The position numbers and the translations under genes are program-made. The notes beneath the pieces are model-generated. The model saw only the letters and a program-made list of their open reading frames with translations. It was not told the origin of the DNA and searched no databases. DNA of 64,000 nt from Macrostomum lignano (lineage: Eukaryota), in the NCBI GenBank assembly GCA_002269645.1, contig NIVC01000157.1:124001-188000 (forward strand), read 5' to 3'. Positions 1 to 13,146 of this stretch are shown here, in pieces (the stretch's first letter is position 1; every line of letters begins with the position of its first letter).

Positions 1-119
1 GTGAGGAGAGAAGGCTAGCTGCGTGCACGTGCATACGATCGGTCGGTCGGTCGAGAGATATCGATCGGTTCTGTTTTGTGGGCCATGTGGGGCCAGCTTG
101 AATACTTCCCAATTCTGGG

Positions 120-330
120 TTAAGGGCCAGACAAAGAATCCAATCCATGGGAGTCATGGCTTATGGCTGCCGGGAGGGGAGGGAGAGAAGAAAATAACAG
201 GAAAGAGCTGAGAGCCTGAGAGACACAGAGCGGACCGAATTGCTATTGGGATAGGGAAGTTTAAGGACCCGAGGCCCCGAAGGCCAAACCGGATAGACAG
301 GATTCGCGCTTCGCGGGCCTTGAAGCCTTT
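120..330 (-). mobile_element. Fragment of dispersed hAT-related non-autonomous repeat family (copy A)
   Basis: Minus strand 229-296 reads ctatccgg..cctcgggtccttaaact..atagcaattcggtccgctc, matching cores at 1183-1207, 2559-2620, 14194-14230 and 57468-57522; aagggccaga subterminal motif at 122-131. Confidence 0.5.
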
Positions 331-764
331 GATTATACAAGGCCTGCTTCGCATAGCATCATGGACGACTTTAATAATCAATAGCAATAAAATCTAGGAG
401 TTCATGTTCGCACACAGGCACACAGCACCGGGAGAGGTGAATCATCCCAGTTCGCGTCATGGGCAAAGGGCCATAATTCTCATGAAGAGAGATCATTAGG
501 ACTTAAAATTGAAAAGGACCGCTGTAAAAGTTGAAAGTCAAAACTTAACAAGCGACTGCTTGAGTAGAACAACACTAACGACATAAACGACACTTAGTAG
601 TCCATGACTTAAACTTGAAATTTCAACATCTTTAAGAATTAGTTGAAACAGCACATCACAAATTGGTTTGGGAAAATCAGACCACATCAAAATTACATGG
701 GAATTGTAAACGAGCTTTTTTCACACACAATTTGAAAATTTAAGAAATTCCGGGCGGTACAATT

Positions 765-850
765 TGTCGAGAATCCCGGGATTTTTTAAGTCGGGGATAT
801 CCCAATCCCGAAAATCCCGGGATTGGCAAAACTCGGGATTTTTTATTCCC
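765..850. repeat. Cluster of ATCCCGGGA motifs, remnant of the MITE family at 1647-2343
   Basis: Several atcccggga/atcccga motifs like the subterminal repeats of the 1647-2343 element; no termini found. Confidence 0.5.
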
Positions 851-1280
851 CAGTTATGACTCATGGAATGGAATTTGTCATTCCGTGCGGCAGACCAAAT
901 CTGCACCTAATGGTATAGGGTCTAGCTCAGGGGTTGGCAAACTTTTTATATCAAGGGCCAGATGGACAATCTAGTGGCAGACTGCGGGCCAGAGGAGAGG
1001 AGATAGGATAGGGTCAAAGGAAATAGAGAAGAGATGGGAGACAAAAGAGTGAAAGCACAGGAGAAAATATAAGAGAGGAGAGGAGAAGACCAGAGGAGAG
1101 GAGAGGAGAGAAGAGGGACAAGAAAAGAGATTATTAGAGAGAAGATCGAGCTGAAAAGAGACGCAAACCTTGTGCTATTGTAGGACCCGAGGGTCGGATA
1201 AGAGAGGCTTCTTCGCGGGACGGAGTTTGCCGACCTCTGGTCTAGCTTCTGGATTCCTCTTGACTGTAGGGGGGGGGGGG

Positions 1281-1618
1281 CAGGGGCGTAGCCAGAGGGG
1301 GGCAAGGGGGCCGTGGCCCCCCCCCAATCACTAACTCTGGCCTTGGCACCCCCCACTAAAAGAAACTGGCGCCCACCTCCTAAAAGTAACTGGCGCCCCC
1401 CACTAAAAGAAACTGGCGCGCCCCCCACTAAAAGAAACTGGCGCCCCCCCCCCACTAAAAGAAACTGGCGCCCTCCCTAAAAGAAACTGGCGCTCCCCCT
1501 ATAAGAAGCTGGCGCCCCCCCCCCTATAAGAAGCTGGCGCCCCCCCCCCCCTATAAGAAGCTAGCGCCCCCTAACTCACGGCCCCCCCCCCCAATCAAAA
1601 TTCCTGGCTACGCCCCTG
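1281..1618. mobile_element. hAT-like MITE, 338 bp, with internal ~24-bp tandem repeat
   Basis: Perfect 15-bp TIR CAGGGGCGTAGCCAG / CTGGCTACGCCCCTG; internal (taaaagaaactggcgccccccc)n; TSD obscured by poly-G. Confidence 0.8.
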
Positions 1619-1646
1619 GGGGGTGTTATTTCGCATTGGATTTTGG

Positions 1647-2343
1647 TAGGGGTCACAAAATCCCGGATTCTGTCAATCCCGGGATCCCGGGATCCCGGGA
1701 TTAGGAAACGTCAAATCCCAGGATCCCGGGATTAATATTTTTTCAGTACCATCCTTGTCGTAACATTGTTATAATGTTATATCAACGCTGCGAATTACTT
1801 TTTTATCACGTGACTAACGTGAGAACATCTGCAAGTTGCAAGTAAAAATAAGCAAACACTATGCAAAGCAAAATAAAATGTATACACATGTATTACATAC
1901 TATGTAGTAGCACTAGCAGTATGCACATTGCAAAACAAATGCACATGACTCGTGGACGTGGTCGTGGAGTCGTTGGCCCGTGGCATGAGGCACACTCACA
2001 AAGTCACAAGGAGTCACAGTCACAACACAAGTCACAACCTACTACCGCCTGGGCATTCACGTTGTCACTTGTCAGTCTGGAGTCTGGACTCACGTATCCT
2101 ATGAGTTCAAACTTTAAAATCAAATCTCAACGTTAAATGATTTAAACAAGACTCAACTCAAACAACATTAAAGACCTTACAAAGTGGGCAACGGAGAAGG
2201 GACATGTATGCGTGTATATTCCATATTTGAAGTAACTGCCATTTTATGATAAAATACTTGCGATTATATCATACATTATAAAAAATTGCATTAACGTTCC
2301 GGGATTGAATCCCGACCCTATGAATCCCGGGATGTGACCCCTA
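1647..2343. mobile_element. hAT MITE, 697 bp
   Basis: 11-bp TIR TAGGGGTCACA / TGTGACCCCTA; perfect 8-bp TSD GATTTTGG (1639-1646 and 2344-2351); ATCCCGGGA subterminal repeats at both ends. Confidence 0.93.
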
Positions 2344-2985
2344 GATTTTGGAGACCGTAAATTCCATAATAGGTTTCTGGTTTGAGCGCTTGCAAAAAAG
2401 AGAAACGTACGAAAACACCCGAGTGGTAAGGAAGTTGGAAGAGAGTGGGAATCGTGAAGGAAGGAAGCACGCATCTTCGAACTCTACGCTCGTATAGTCT
2501 AATTATATCTGATAGGTCAGGACTCAGGGTGAAGACTGAGTTGGCGCAAGCTGCCAAACCTCTCTCTATGCGGCCTTTCGGGTCCTTTGAAACTTCATGC
2601 AATGGCAATCCGGCCCGCTCAAGGCTTGTCTCTTATCAGCTCGTCTTCTCTATTTAAACTCCTCTCCCTTCTCCTGTCCCTTCTATCCTCTCTCTTTATT
2701 CCCTCTAGCTTTAAAGATCTTATCCTTCCTCCGGCCTGCAGGCATGCGCTAGATTCTCCATCTGGGCCCTTGAGGTAAAATATCTTTACCAACCCCTGTT
2801 ATCCGTCCATTGTCAGTCAATTCCAAACATAAGCAAGTTGTGATGCAGAAAACTTTTTACTACAGCTTTCATTTTCTTAAATTGGCTGTTTCCAATGACA
2901 CGAATCTTCTTTCACATTTCTTGGAATATGAAGTTTTCTGCAACACAACTTTTTAAAATCGATTAAAACGACACACCAATTGCGA

Positions 2986-3316
2986 GCACTCCTTGATCTG
3001 GCGCCATGCAGTCGCTAGCACTCCTTGATCTGGCGCCATGCAGTCGTTAGCGCTCCTTGATCTGGCGCCATGCAGTCGCTAGCACTCCTTGATCTGGCGC
3101 CATGCAGTCAGTAGCACTCCTTGATCTGGCGCCATGCAGTCTCTAGCACTCCTTGATCTGGCGCCATGCAGTCTCTAGCACTCCTTGATCTGGCGCCATG
3201 CAGTCGCTAGCGCTCCTTGATCTGGCGCCACGCTGCGCCAGAACTTCTTGATCTGGCGCCATGCAGTCGCTAGCGCTCCTTGATCTGGCGCCACGCTGCG
3301 CCAGAACTTCTTGATC
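2986..3316. repeat. 32-bp minisatellite (cactccttgatctggcgccatgcagtcgctag)n
   Basis: About 9-10 direct tandem copies, with variant units in the last third. Confidence 0.95.
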
Positions 3317-3859
3317 TAACACCAGTTGCAATAGTGCTTCTTGGCCTTCTTGGCCAAGTTGCTGGCGCCCAATCAAACAAGTGTTCTCTGATTTAACGAT
3401 GTCCCAATGATCAAATAGTAAATGATGTACATGTACATATACTTATGGCTACGCACCCCCCGCCCAAGAAAAAGAAATGACGTACGAGGGATTCTTGCAA
3501 GTTTGCTGTAACTCATTTTTAGTATTTGGCTTGAGCACTTGCACATATACTACTACGACTTAGTAATTGTTCTATTTATTAAAGAAATTTGGAGCAAATT
3601 AATGACGATAAATAAAGTAGTAATACAATGCTTATGTAACCCAGCAACAGCTAAACATCTGGGGGATAGAAAGGTGGGTTATGAGGGCCTACCATGTTAC
3701 TGAAACAAGCATTAGACATTGCCTAACTTTTTGCCGCGTGGAGGGGGCGGGGCTAGCTGTTGCCGCGTAAAGACAATTAATTTGAGTTCGAAGCGCGAAA
3801 AATTAAAATTATAAAACACTGGCATCTTTACTATACAGTACTGGCATTTCGATAGACAC

Positions 3860-6800
3860 TGACTGTCAGTGACACTTTGACTGTCAGTGACATTTCACTG
3901 TCAGTGATAGTTGACTGCCAGTGATATTTGACTAATCAGTGACATTTGACTGTCAGTGATAGTTGACTGCCAGTGATATTTGACTAATCAGTGACATTTG
4001 ACTGTCAGTGATAGTTGACTGCCAGTGATATTTGACTAATCAGTGACATTTGACTGTCAGTGATAGTTGACTGCCAGTGATATTTGACTGTCAGTGACAT
4101 TTGACTGTCAGTGACATTTGACTGTGAGTGATTGTTGACTGTGAGTGATTGTTGACTGTGAGTGATAGTTGACTGTGAGTGATAGTTGTCTGTCAGTGAC
4201 ATTTCACTGTCAGTGATTGTTGACTGTGAGTGATAGTTGACTGTGAGTGATAGTTGAGTGTCAGTGACATTTGACTGTCAGTGATTGTTTACTGTGTGAC
4301 ATTTGACTGTCAGTGATTGTTGACTGTGAGTGATAGTTGACTGCCAGTGATTGTTGACTGTGAGTGATAGTTGACTGTCAGTGATAGTTGACTGTGAGTG
4401 ATAGTTGACTGTGAGTGACATTTGACTGTCAGTGACATTTGACTGTCAGTGATTGTTGACTGTGAGTGATAGTTGACTGTGAGTGATAGTTGACTGTGAC
4501 TGTGAGTGATAGTTGACTGTCAGTGATAGTTGACTGTGAGTGATTGTTGACTGTGAGTGATAGTTGACTGTGAGTGATAGTTGACTGTCAGTGACATTTG
4601 ACTGCCAGTGATAGTTGACTGTGAGTGATAGTTGACTGTCAGTGACATTTGACTGCCAGTGATAGTTGACTGTCAGTGACATTTCACTGTCAGTGATAGT
4701 TGACTGTGAGTGATATTTGACTGTGAGTGATAGTTGACTGTAAGTGACATTTGACTGCCAGTGATAGTTGACTGTCAGTGACATTTGACTGCCAGTGATA
4801 GTTGACTGTGAGTGATAGTTGACTGTTAGTGACATTTGACTGTGAGTGATAGTTGACTGTGACTGTGAGTGATAGTTGACTGTCAGTGATAGTTGACTGT
4901 GACTGTGAGTGATAGTTGACAGTCAGTGATAGTTGACTGTGAGTGATAGTTGACTGTCAGTGACATTTGACTGCCAGTGATAGTTGACTGTCAGTGACAT
5001 TTGACTGCCAGTGATAGTTGACTGTGAGTGATAGTTGACTGTTAGTGACATTTGACTGTGAGTGATAGTTGACTGTGACTGTGAGTGATAGTTGACTGTG
5101 ACTGTGAGTGATAGTTGACTGTCAGTGATAGTTGACTGTGAGTGATAGTTGACTGTGAGTGATAGTTGACTGTCAGTGACATTTGACTGCCAGTGATAGT
5201 TGACTGTCAGTGACATTTGACTGTCAGTGATAGTTGACTGTGAGTGATAGTTGACTGTCAGTGACATTTGACTGCCAGTGATAGTTGACTGTCAGTGACA
5301 TTTGACTGCCAGTGATAGTTGACTGTGAGTGATAGTTGACTGTCAGTGACATTTGACTGCCAGTGATAGTTGACTGCGAGTGATAGTTGACTGTCAGTGA
5401 CATTTGACTGCCAGTGATAGTTGAATGTCAGTGATGGTTGACTGCCAGTGATTTTTGACTAATCAGTGACATTTGACTGTCAGTGATAGTTGACTGCCAG
5501 TGATATTTGACTAATCAGTGACATTTGACTGTCAGTGATAGTTGACTGCCAGTGATATTTGACTGTCAGTGACATTTGACTGTCAGTGACATTTCACTGT
5601 CAGTGATTGTTGACTGTGAGTGATAGTTGACTGTGAGTGATAGTTGACTGTGAGTGATAGTTGACTGTCAGTGAGATTTGACTGCCAGTGATAGTTGACT
5701 GTCAGTGACATTTCACTGTCAGTGATAGTTGACTGTGAGTGATAGTTGACTGTGAGTGATAGTTGACTGCCAGTGATAGTTGACTGCCAGTGATTGTTGA
5801 CTGTGAGTGATAGTTGACTGTCAGTGATAGTTGACTGTGACTGTGAGTGATAGTTGACTGTGAGTGATAGTTGACTGTTAGTGATATTTGACTGTGAGTG
5901 ATAGTTGACTGTGACTGTGAGTGATAGTTGACTGTCAGTGATAGTTGACTGTCAGTGACATTTGACTGCCAGTGATAGTTGACTGTGAGTGATAGTTGAC
6001 TGTCAGTGACATTTGACTGCTAGTGATTGTTGACTGTCAGTGACATTTCACTGTCAGTGATAGTTGACTGTGAGTGATAGTTGACTGTGAGTGATAGTTG
6101 ACTGTGAGTGATAGTTGACTGTGAGTGATAGTTGACTGTGAGTGATAGTTGACTGTGAGTGATAGTTGACTGTCAGTGAGATTTGACTGCCAGTGATAGT
6201 TGACTGTCAGTGACATTTCACTGTCAGTGATAGTTGACTGTGAGTGATAGTTGACTGTGAGTGATAGTTGACTGCCAGTGATAGTTGACTGCCAGTGATT
6301 GTTGACTGTGAGTGATAGTTGACTGTCAGTGATAGTTGACTGTGACTTTGAGTGATAGTTGACTGTCAGTGATAGTTGACTGTGAGTGATTGTTGACTGT
6401 GAGTGATAGTTGACTGTCAGTGACATTTGACTGCCAGTGATAGTTGACTGTGAGTGATAGTTGACTGTCAGTGACATTTGACTGCTAGTGATTGTTGACT
6501 GTCAGTGACATTTCACTGTCAGTGATAGTTGACTGTGAGTGATAGTTGACTGTGGTGATAGTTGACTGTGAGTGATAGTTGCCTGTGAGTGATAGTTGAC
6601 TGTCAGTGACATTTGACTGCCAGTGATAGTTGACTGTGAGTGATAGTTGACTGTCAGTGACATTTGACTGCCAGTGATAGTTGACTGTCAGTGATGGTTG
6701 ACTGCCAGTGATATTTGACTAATCAGTGACATTTTACTGCCAGTGATATTTGACTAATCAGTGACATTTGACTGTCAGTGACATTTCACTGTCAGTGATA

Positions 6801-9800
6801 GTTGACTGTGAGTGATAGTTGACTGCCAGTGATAGTTGACTGCCAGTGATTGTTGACTGCCAGTGATAGTTGACTGTGAGTGATAGTTGACTGTCAGTGA
6901 CATTTCACTGTCAGTGATAGTTGACTGTGAGTGATAGTTGACTGTGAGTGATAGTTGACTGTGAGTGATAGTTGACTGTCAGTGACATTTGACTGCAAGT
7001 GAAAGTTGACTGCGAGCGATAGTTGACTGTCAGTGACATTTGACTGCCAGTGATAGTTGACTGTGAGTGATAGTTGACTGTCAGTGACATTTGACTGCTA
7101 GTGATTGTTGACTGTCAGTGACATTTCACTGTCAGTGATAGTTGACTGTGAGTGATAGTTGACTGTGAGTGATAGTTGACTGTGAGTGATAGTTGACTGT
7201 GAGTGATAGTTGACTGTCAGTGACATTTGACTGCCAGTGATAGTTGACTGTGAGTGATAGTTGACTGTCAGTGACATTTGACTGCCAGTGATAGTTGACT
7301 GTCAGTGATGGTTGACTGCCAGTGATATTTGACTAATCAGTGACATTTTACTGCCAGTGATATTTGACTAATCAGTGACATTTGACTGTCAGTGATAGTT
7401 GACTGCCAGTAATATTTGACTAATCAGTGACATTTGACTGTCAGTGATAGTTGACTGCCAGTGATATTTGACTAATCAGTGACATTTTACTGCCAGTGAT
7501 ATTTGACTAATCAGTGACATTTGACTGTCAGTGACATTTCACTGTCAGTGATAGTTGACTGTGAGTGATAGTTGACTGCCAGTGATAGTTGACTGCCAGT
7601 GATTGTTGACTGCCAGTGATAGTTGACTTTGAGTGATAGTTGACTGTCAGTGACATTTCACTGTCAGTGATAGTTGACTGTGAGTGATAGTTGACTGTGA
7701 GTGATAGTTGACTGTGAGTGATAGTTGACTGTGAGTGATAGTTGACTGTCAGTGACATTTGACTGCCAGTGAAAGTTGACTGCGAGCGATAGTTGACTGT
7801 CAGTGACATTTGACTGCCAGTGATAGTTGACTGTCAGTGATGGTTGACTGCCAGTGATATTTGACTAATCAGTGATATTTGACTAATCAGTGATATTTGA
7901 CTGTCAGTGATAGTTGACTGCCAGTGATATTTGACTAATCAGTGACATTTGACTGTCAGTGATAGTTGACTGCCAGTGATATTTGACTAATCAGTGACAT
8001 TTGACTGTCAGTGATAGTTGACTGCCAGTGATATTTGACTAATCAGTGACATTTTACTGCCAGTGATATTTGACTAATCAGTGACATTTGACTGTCAGTG
8101 ATAGTTGACTGCCAGTGATATTTGACTAATCAGTGACATTTGACTGTCAGTGATAGTTGACTGCCAGTGATATTTGACTAATCAGTGACATTTTACTGCC
8201 AGTGATATTTGACTAATCAGTGACATTTGACTGTCAGTGATAGTTGACTGCCAGTGATATTTGACTAATCAGTGACATTTGACTGTCAGTGATAGTTGAC
8301 TGCCAGTGACATTTGACTGTCAGTGATAGTTGACTGCCAGTGATATTTGACTGTCAGTGGCATTTCACTGTCAGTGACATTTCACTGTCAGTGATCGTTG
8401 ACTGTGAGTGATTGTTGACTGTGAGTGATTGTTGACTGTGAGTTATAGTTGACTGTGAGTGATAGTTGACTGTCAGTGACATTTGACTGCTAGTGATTGT
8501 TGACTGTCAGTGACATTTCACTGTCAGTGATAGTTGACTGTGAGTGATAGTTGACTGTGAGTGATAGTTGACTGTGAGTGATAGTTGACTGTGAGTGATA
8601 GTTGACTGTCAGTGACATTTGACTGCCAGTGATAGTTGACTGTGAGTGATAGTTGACTGTCAGTGACATTTGACTGCCAGTGATAGTTGACTGTCAGTGA
8701 TGGTTGACTGCCAGTGATATTTGACTAATCAGTGACATTTTACTGCCAGTGATATTTGACTAATCAGTGACATTTGACTGTCAGTGACATTTCACTGTCA
8801 GTGATAGTTGACTGTGAGTGATAGTTGACTGCCAGTGATAGTTGACTGCCAGTGATTGTTGACTGCCAGTGATAGTTGACTGTGAGTGATAGTTGACTGT
8901 CAGTGACATTTCACTGTCAGTGATAGTTGACTGTGAGTGATAGTTGACTGTGAGTGATAGTTGACTGTGAGTGATAGTTGACTGTCAGTGACATTTGACT
9001 GCCAGTGAAAGTTGACTGCGAGCGATAGTTGACTGTCAGTGACATTTGACTGCCAGTGATAGTTGACTGTGAGTGATAGTTGACTGTCAGTGACATTTGA
9101 CTGCTAGTGATTGTTGACTGTCAGTGACATTTCACTGTCAGTGATAGTTGACTGTGAGTGATAGTTGACTGTGAGTGATAGTTGACTGTGAGTGATAGTT
9201 GACTGTGAGTGATAGTTGACTGTCAGTGACATTTGACTGCCAGTGATAGTTGACTGTGAGTGATAGTTGACTGTCAGTGACATTTGACTGCCAGTGATAG
9301 TTGACTGTCAGTGATGGTTGACTGCCAGTGATATTTGACTAATCAGTGACATTTTACTGCCAGTGATATTTGACTAATCAGTGACATTTGACTGTCAGTG
9401 ATAGTTGACTGCCAGTAATATTTGACTAATCAGTGACATTTGACTGTCAGTGATAGTTGACTGCCAGTGATATTTGACTAATCAGTGACATTTTACTGCC
9501 AGTGATATTTGACTAATCAGTGACATTTGACTGTCAGTGACATTTCACTGTCAGTGATAGTTGACTGTGAGTGATAGTTGACTGCCAGTGATAGTTGACT
9601 GCCAGTGATTGTTGACTGCCAGTGATAGTTGACTTTGAGTGATAGTTGACTGTCAGTGACATTTCACTGTCAGTGATAGTTGACTGTGAGTGATAGTTGA
9701 CTGTGAGTGATAGTTGACTGTGAGTGATAGTTGACTGTCAGTGACATTTGACTGCCAGTGAAAGGTGACTGCGAGCGATAGTTGACTGTCAGTGACATTT

Positions 9801-12152
9801 GACTGCCAGTGATAGTTGACTGTCAGTGATGGTTGACTGCCAGTGATATTTGACTAATCAGTGATATTTGACTAATCAGTGACATTTGACTGTCAGTGAT
9901 AGTTGACTGCCAGTGATATTTGACTAATCAGTGACATTTGACTGTCAGTGATAGTTGACTGCCAGTGATATTTGACTAATCAGTGACATTTTACTGCCAG
10001 TGATATTTGACTAATCAGTGACATTTGACTGTCAGTGATAGTTGACTGCCAGTGATATTTGACTAATCAGTGACATTTGACTGTCAGTGATAGTTGACTG
10101 CCAGTGATATTTGACTAATCAGTGACATTTTACTGCCAGTGATATTTGACTAATCAGTGACATTTGACTGTCAGTGATAGTTGACTGCCAGTGATATTTG
10201 ACTAATCAGTGACATTTGACTGTCAGTGATAGTTGACTGCCAGTGACATTTGACTGTCAGTGATAGTTGACTGCCAGTGATATTTGACTGTCAGTGGCAT
10301 TTCACTGTCAGTGACATTTCACTGTCAGTGATCGTTGACTGTGAGTGATTGTTGACTGTGAGTGATTGTTGACTGTGAGTTATAGTTGACTGTGAGTGAT
10401 AGTTGACTGTCAGTGACATTTGACTGCTAGTGATTGTTGACTGTCAGTGACATTTCACTGTCAGTGATAGTTGACTGTGAGTGATAGTTGACTGTGAGTG
10501 ATAGTTGACTGTGAGTGATAGTTGACTGTGAGTGATAGTTGACTGTCAGTGACATTTGACTGCCAGTGATAGTTGACTGTGAGTGATAGTTGACTGTCAG
10601 TGACATTTGACTGCCAGTGATAGTTGACTGTCAGTGATGGTTGACTGCCAGTGATATTTGACTAATCAGTGATATTTGACTAATCAGTGACATTTTACTG
10701 CCAGTGATATTTGACTAATCAGTGACATTTGACTGTCAGTGATAGTTGACTGCCAGTAATATTTGACTAATCAGTGACATTCGACTGTCAGTGATAGTTG
10801 ACTGCCAGTGATATTTGACTAATCAGTGACATTTTACTGCCAGTGATATTTGACTAATCAGTGACATTTGACTGTCAGTGACATTTCACTGTCAGTGATA
10901 GTTGACTGTGAGTGATAGTTGACTGCCAGTGATAGTTGACTGCCAGTGATTGTTGACTGCCAGTGATAGTTGACTGTGAGTGATAGTTGACTGTCAGTGA
11001 CATTTCACTGTCAGTGATAGTTGACTGTGAGTGATAGTTGACTGTGAGTGATAGTTGACTGTGAGTGATAGTTGACTGTCAGTGACATTTGACTGCCAGT
11101 GAAAGTTGACTGCGAGTGATAGTTGACTGTCAGTGACATTTGACTGCCAGTGATAGTTGACTGTCAGTGATGGTTGACTGCCAGTGATATTTGACTAATC
11201 AGTGATATTTGACTGTCAGTGATAGTTGACTGCCAGTGATATTTGACTAATCAGTGACATTTGACTGTCAGTGATAGTTGACTGCCAGTGATATTTGACT
11301 AATCAGTGACATTTGACTGTCAGTGATAGTTGACTGCCAGTGATATTTGACTAATCAGTGACATTTTACTGCCAGTGATATTTGACTAATCAGTGACATT
11401 TGACTGTCAGTGATAGTTGACTGCCAGTGATATTTGACTAATCAGTGACATTTGACTGTCAGTGATAGTTGACTGCCAGTGATATTTGACTAATCAGTGA
11501 CATTTGACTGTCAGTGATAGTTGACTGCCAGTGATATTTGACTAATCAGTGACATTTGACTGTCAGTGATAGTTGACTGCCAGTGATATTTGACTAATCA
11601 GTGACATTTTACTGCCAGTGATATTTGACTAATCAGTGACATTTGACTGTCAGTGATAGTTGACTGCCAGTGATATTTGACTAATCAGTGACATTTTACT
11701 GCCAGTGATATTTGACTAATCAGTGACATTTGACTGTCAGTGATAGTTGACTGCCAGTGATATTTGACTAATCAGTGACATTTGACTGTCAGTGATAGTT
11801 GACTGCCAGTGATGTTTGACTAATCAGTGACATTTTACTGCCAGTGATATTTGACTAATCAGTGACATTTGACTGTCAGTGATAGTTGACTGCCAGTGAT
11901 ATTTGACTAATTAGTGACATTTGACTGTCAGTGATAGTTGACTGCCAGTGATATTTGACTGTCAGTGACATTTGACTGTCAGTGATAGTTGACTGCCAGT
12001 GATATTTGACTGTCAGTGGCATTTCACTGTCAGTGACATTTCACTGTCAGTGATCGTTGACTGTGAGTGATTGTTGACTGTGAGTGATTGTTGACTGTGA
12101 GTTATAGTTGACTGTGAGTGATAGTTGACTGTCAGTGACATTTGACTGCCAG
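3860..12152. repeat. 8.3-kb 17/18-bp satellite (gtgatagttgactgtga / gtgacatttgactgtca / gtgatatttgactaatca variants) with higher-order structure
   Basis: Continuous array; a diagnostic variant block (gtggcatttcac) recurs at 8357, 10294 and 12016. Confidence 0.98.
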
Positions 12153-12230
12153 CTATTTGACAACCGACGATTTTAAGCTAGGTTTAGATTTAGATTTATT
12201 AACCCAACATTAAGTCAGTAGCTGCCAGAG

Positions 12231-12776
12231 TCAAGCGTGAGCTTTCAGCTGGTGCCTCCTCTGGTCAGCCCTAGACTTGAATCGATGCTCGCACAGCTGA
12301 CAGCCGAACGGCCTAGTTCGTGTGTGCACCATTTCGTGCAGGCGATAATGATCGCGACGATGAAATCGCTTGTTGCAGTAGCCGCACTGAAACGGTTTAT
12401 CAGCCGAATGAATTTTCCTGTGCCTACACAGAGCTGACAGCACCTTAAAATCGGCGCGGCAGTGGTCGCATTTAAAAAGCCGAACCTCGGAGTGAGTAAA
12501 GCTGTGAGTATAGAGAAGATGCTTATTCGTAAAGCTTTGATCGCAATGGGTGCAATGAAAACGCTGCTTAGAGCTTCGAATGTCGGGTTGCTGCGGCTCG
12601 GAGGTCTCACTCCTAGCCACAAAAGTAGAGTCCATCTGCAGCCCATGCCTCTGAACGTGCCGAAAGTATCTGCACTTTGACTGTGAAGACAGGCTAAATC
12701 TTAGGCCGCAAATAGCGCAGCTGAATGAGCTGATCAACTGCTGAATATTACTATTATCCTCTGCAGACTCGGACAT
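12231..12776 (-). CDS. C2H2 zinc-finger protein (5 fingers, ~181 aa; possibly the terminal exon of a longer gene)
   Basis: CAIC..HVQRH, CTHC..HSFTH, CDHC..HRKIH, CGYC..HEMVH, CQLC..HQLKAH with SADKPF/TRTRPF linkers; ATG at 12776; AATAAA on minus strand at 12195-12200. Confidence 0.9.
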   Translation of the reverse strand: MSESAEDNSNIQQLISSFSCAICGLRFSLSSQSKCRYFRHVQRHGLQMDSTFVARSETSEPQQPDIRSSKQRFHCTHCDQSFTNKHLLYTHSFTHSEVRLFKCDHCRADFKVLSALCRHRKIHSADKPFQCGYCNKRFHRRDHYRLHEMVHTRTRPFGCQLCEHRFKSRADQRRHQLKAHA

Positions 12777-12879
12777 TTTCAGGAAAGACAAGAAAAACTG
12801 CATTTATGTTTTTTTATTCATCGATAGATCTAGACTAACAACTTGATTAAAAATAAAGTGAAAAAATCTGCAGAAAGGA

Positions 12880-12995
12880 GGTGGACGGCTTTGTGAATCT
12901 GTATCTGATCAAGAGGAAGAAAATCCACTTCTTTGGTCATGCTGTGAGAAGTGATGGAGTGCTGAAGGCTGTCTGTCGCTGAAGGTTGTGTTGAG
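12880..12995 (+). mobile_element. LINE (RTE-like) ORF2 C-terminal fragment
   Basis: Translates IKRKKIHFFGHAVRSDGVLK, resembling the post-RT RKLxWFGHVxRxDG motif of RTE/related LINEs. Confidence 0.6.
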
Positions 12996-13146
12996 GGATG
13001 AATCAACAATAGTCGTCGATTTTATCTTCTAGGTCTTGATACTAAGAATCAAGAGGCATTTAGTCAAATTCTATAAGATTAATATGAGCTAAAATATATA
13101 CTCGTATTTCCTTCGAGGCCCCGACTATCATAACTGTTTGTCAATA

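Larger units (their letters stand above)
928..2798. mobile_element. Old hAT (Charlie-like) non-autonomous element with inverted arms, host to two nested MITEs
   Basis: CAGGGGTTGGCAAA at 928 and TTTACCAACCCCTG ending 2798 are inverted. Each is followed inward by aagggccagat and a purine/pyrimidine tract. The 8-bp flanks differ (gtctagct vs ttatccgt), so two separate copies are also possible. Confidence 0.55.

Noticed and set aside
154-387. Penelope GIY-YIG tail or hammerhead ribozyme in the dispersed core
   Set aside because: No CTGATGA..GAAA catalytic core with pairing stems; the sequence is better explained as part of the hAT-related family.
2986-3380. Possible transposase or zinc-finger remnant (AWRQIK, KKHYCNWC) on the minus strand
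   Set aside because: Motifs are only 6-8 aa, lie in or beside a minisatellite and are broken by stops.
3860-12152. CRISPR-like array (also considered for 31859-33200 and 23025-23462)
   Set aside because: Head-to-tail units without unique spacers, eukaryotic context, no cas genes.
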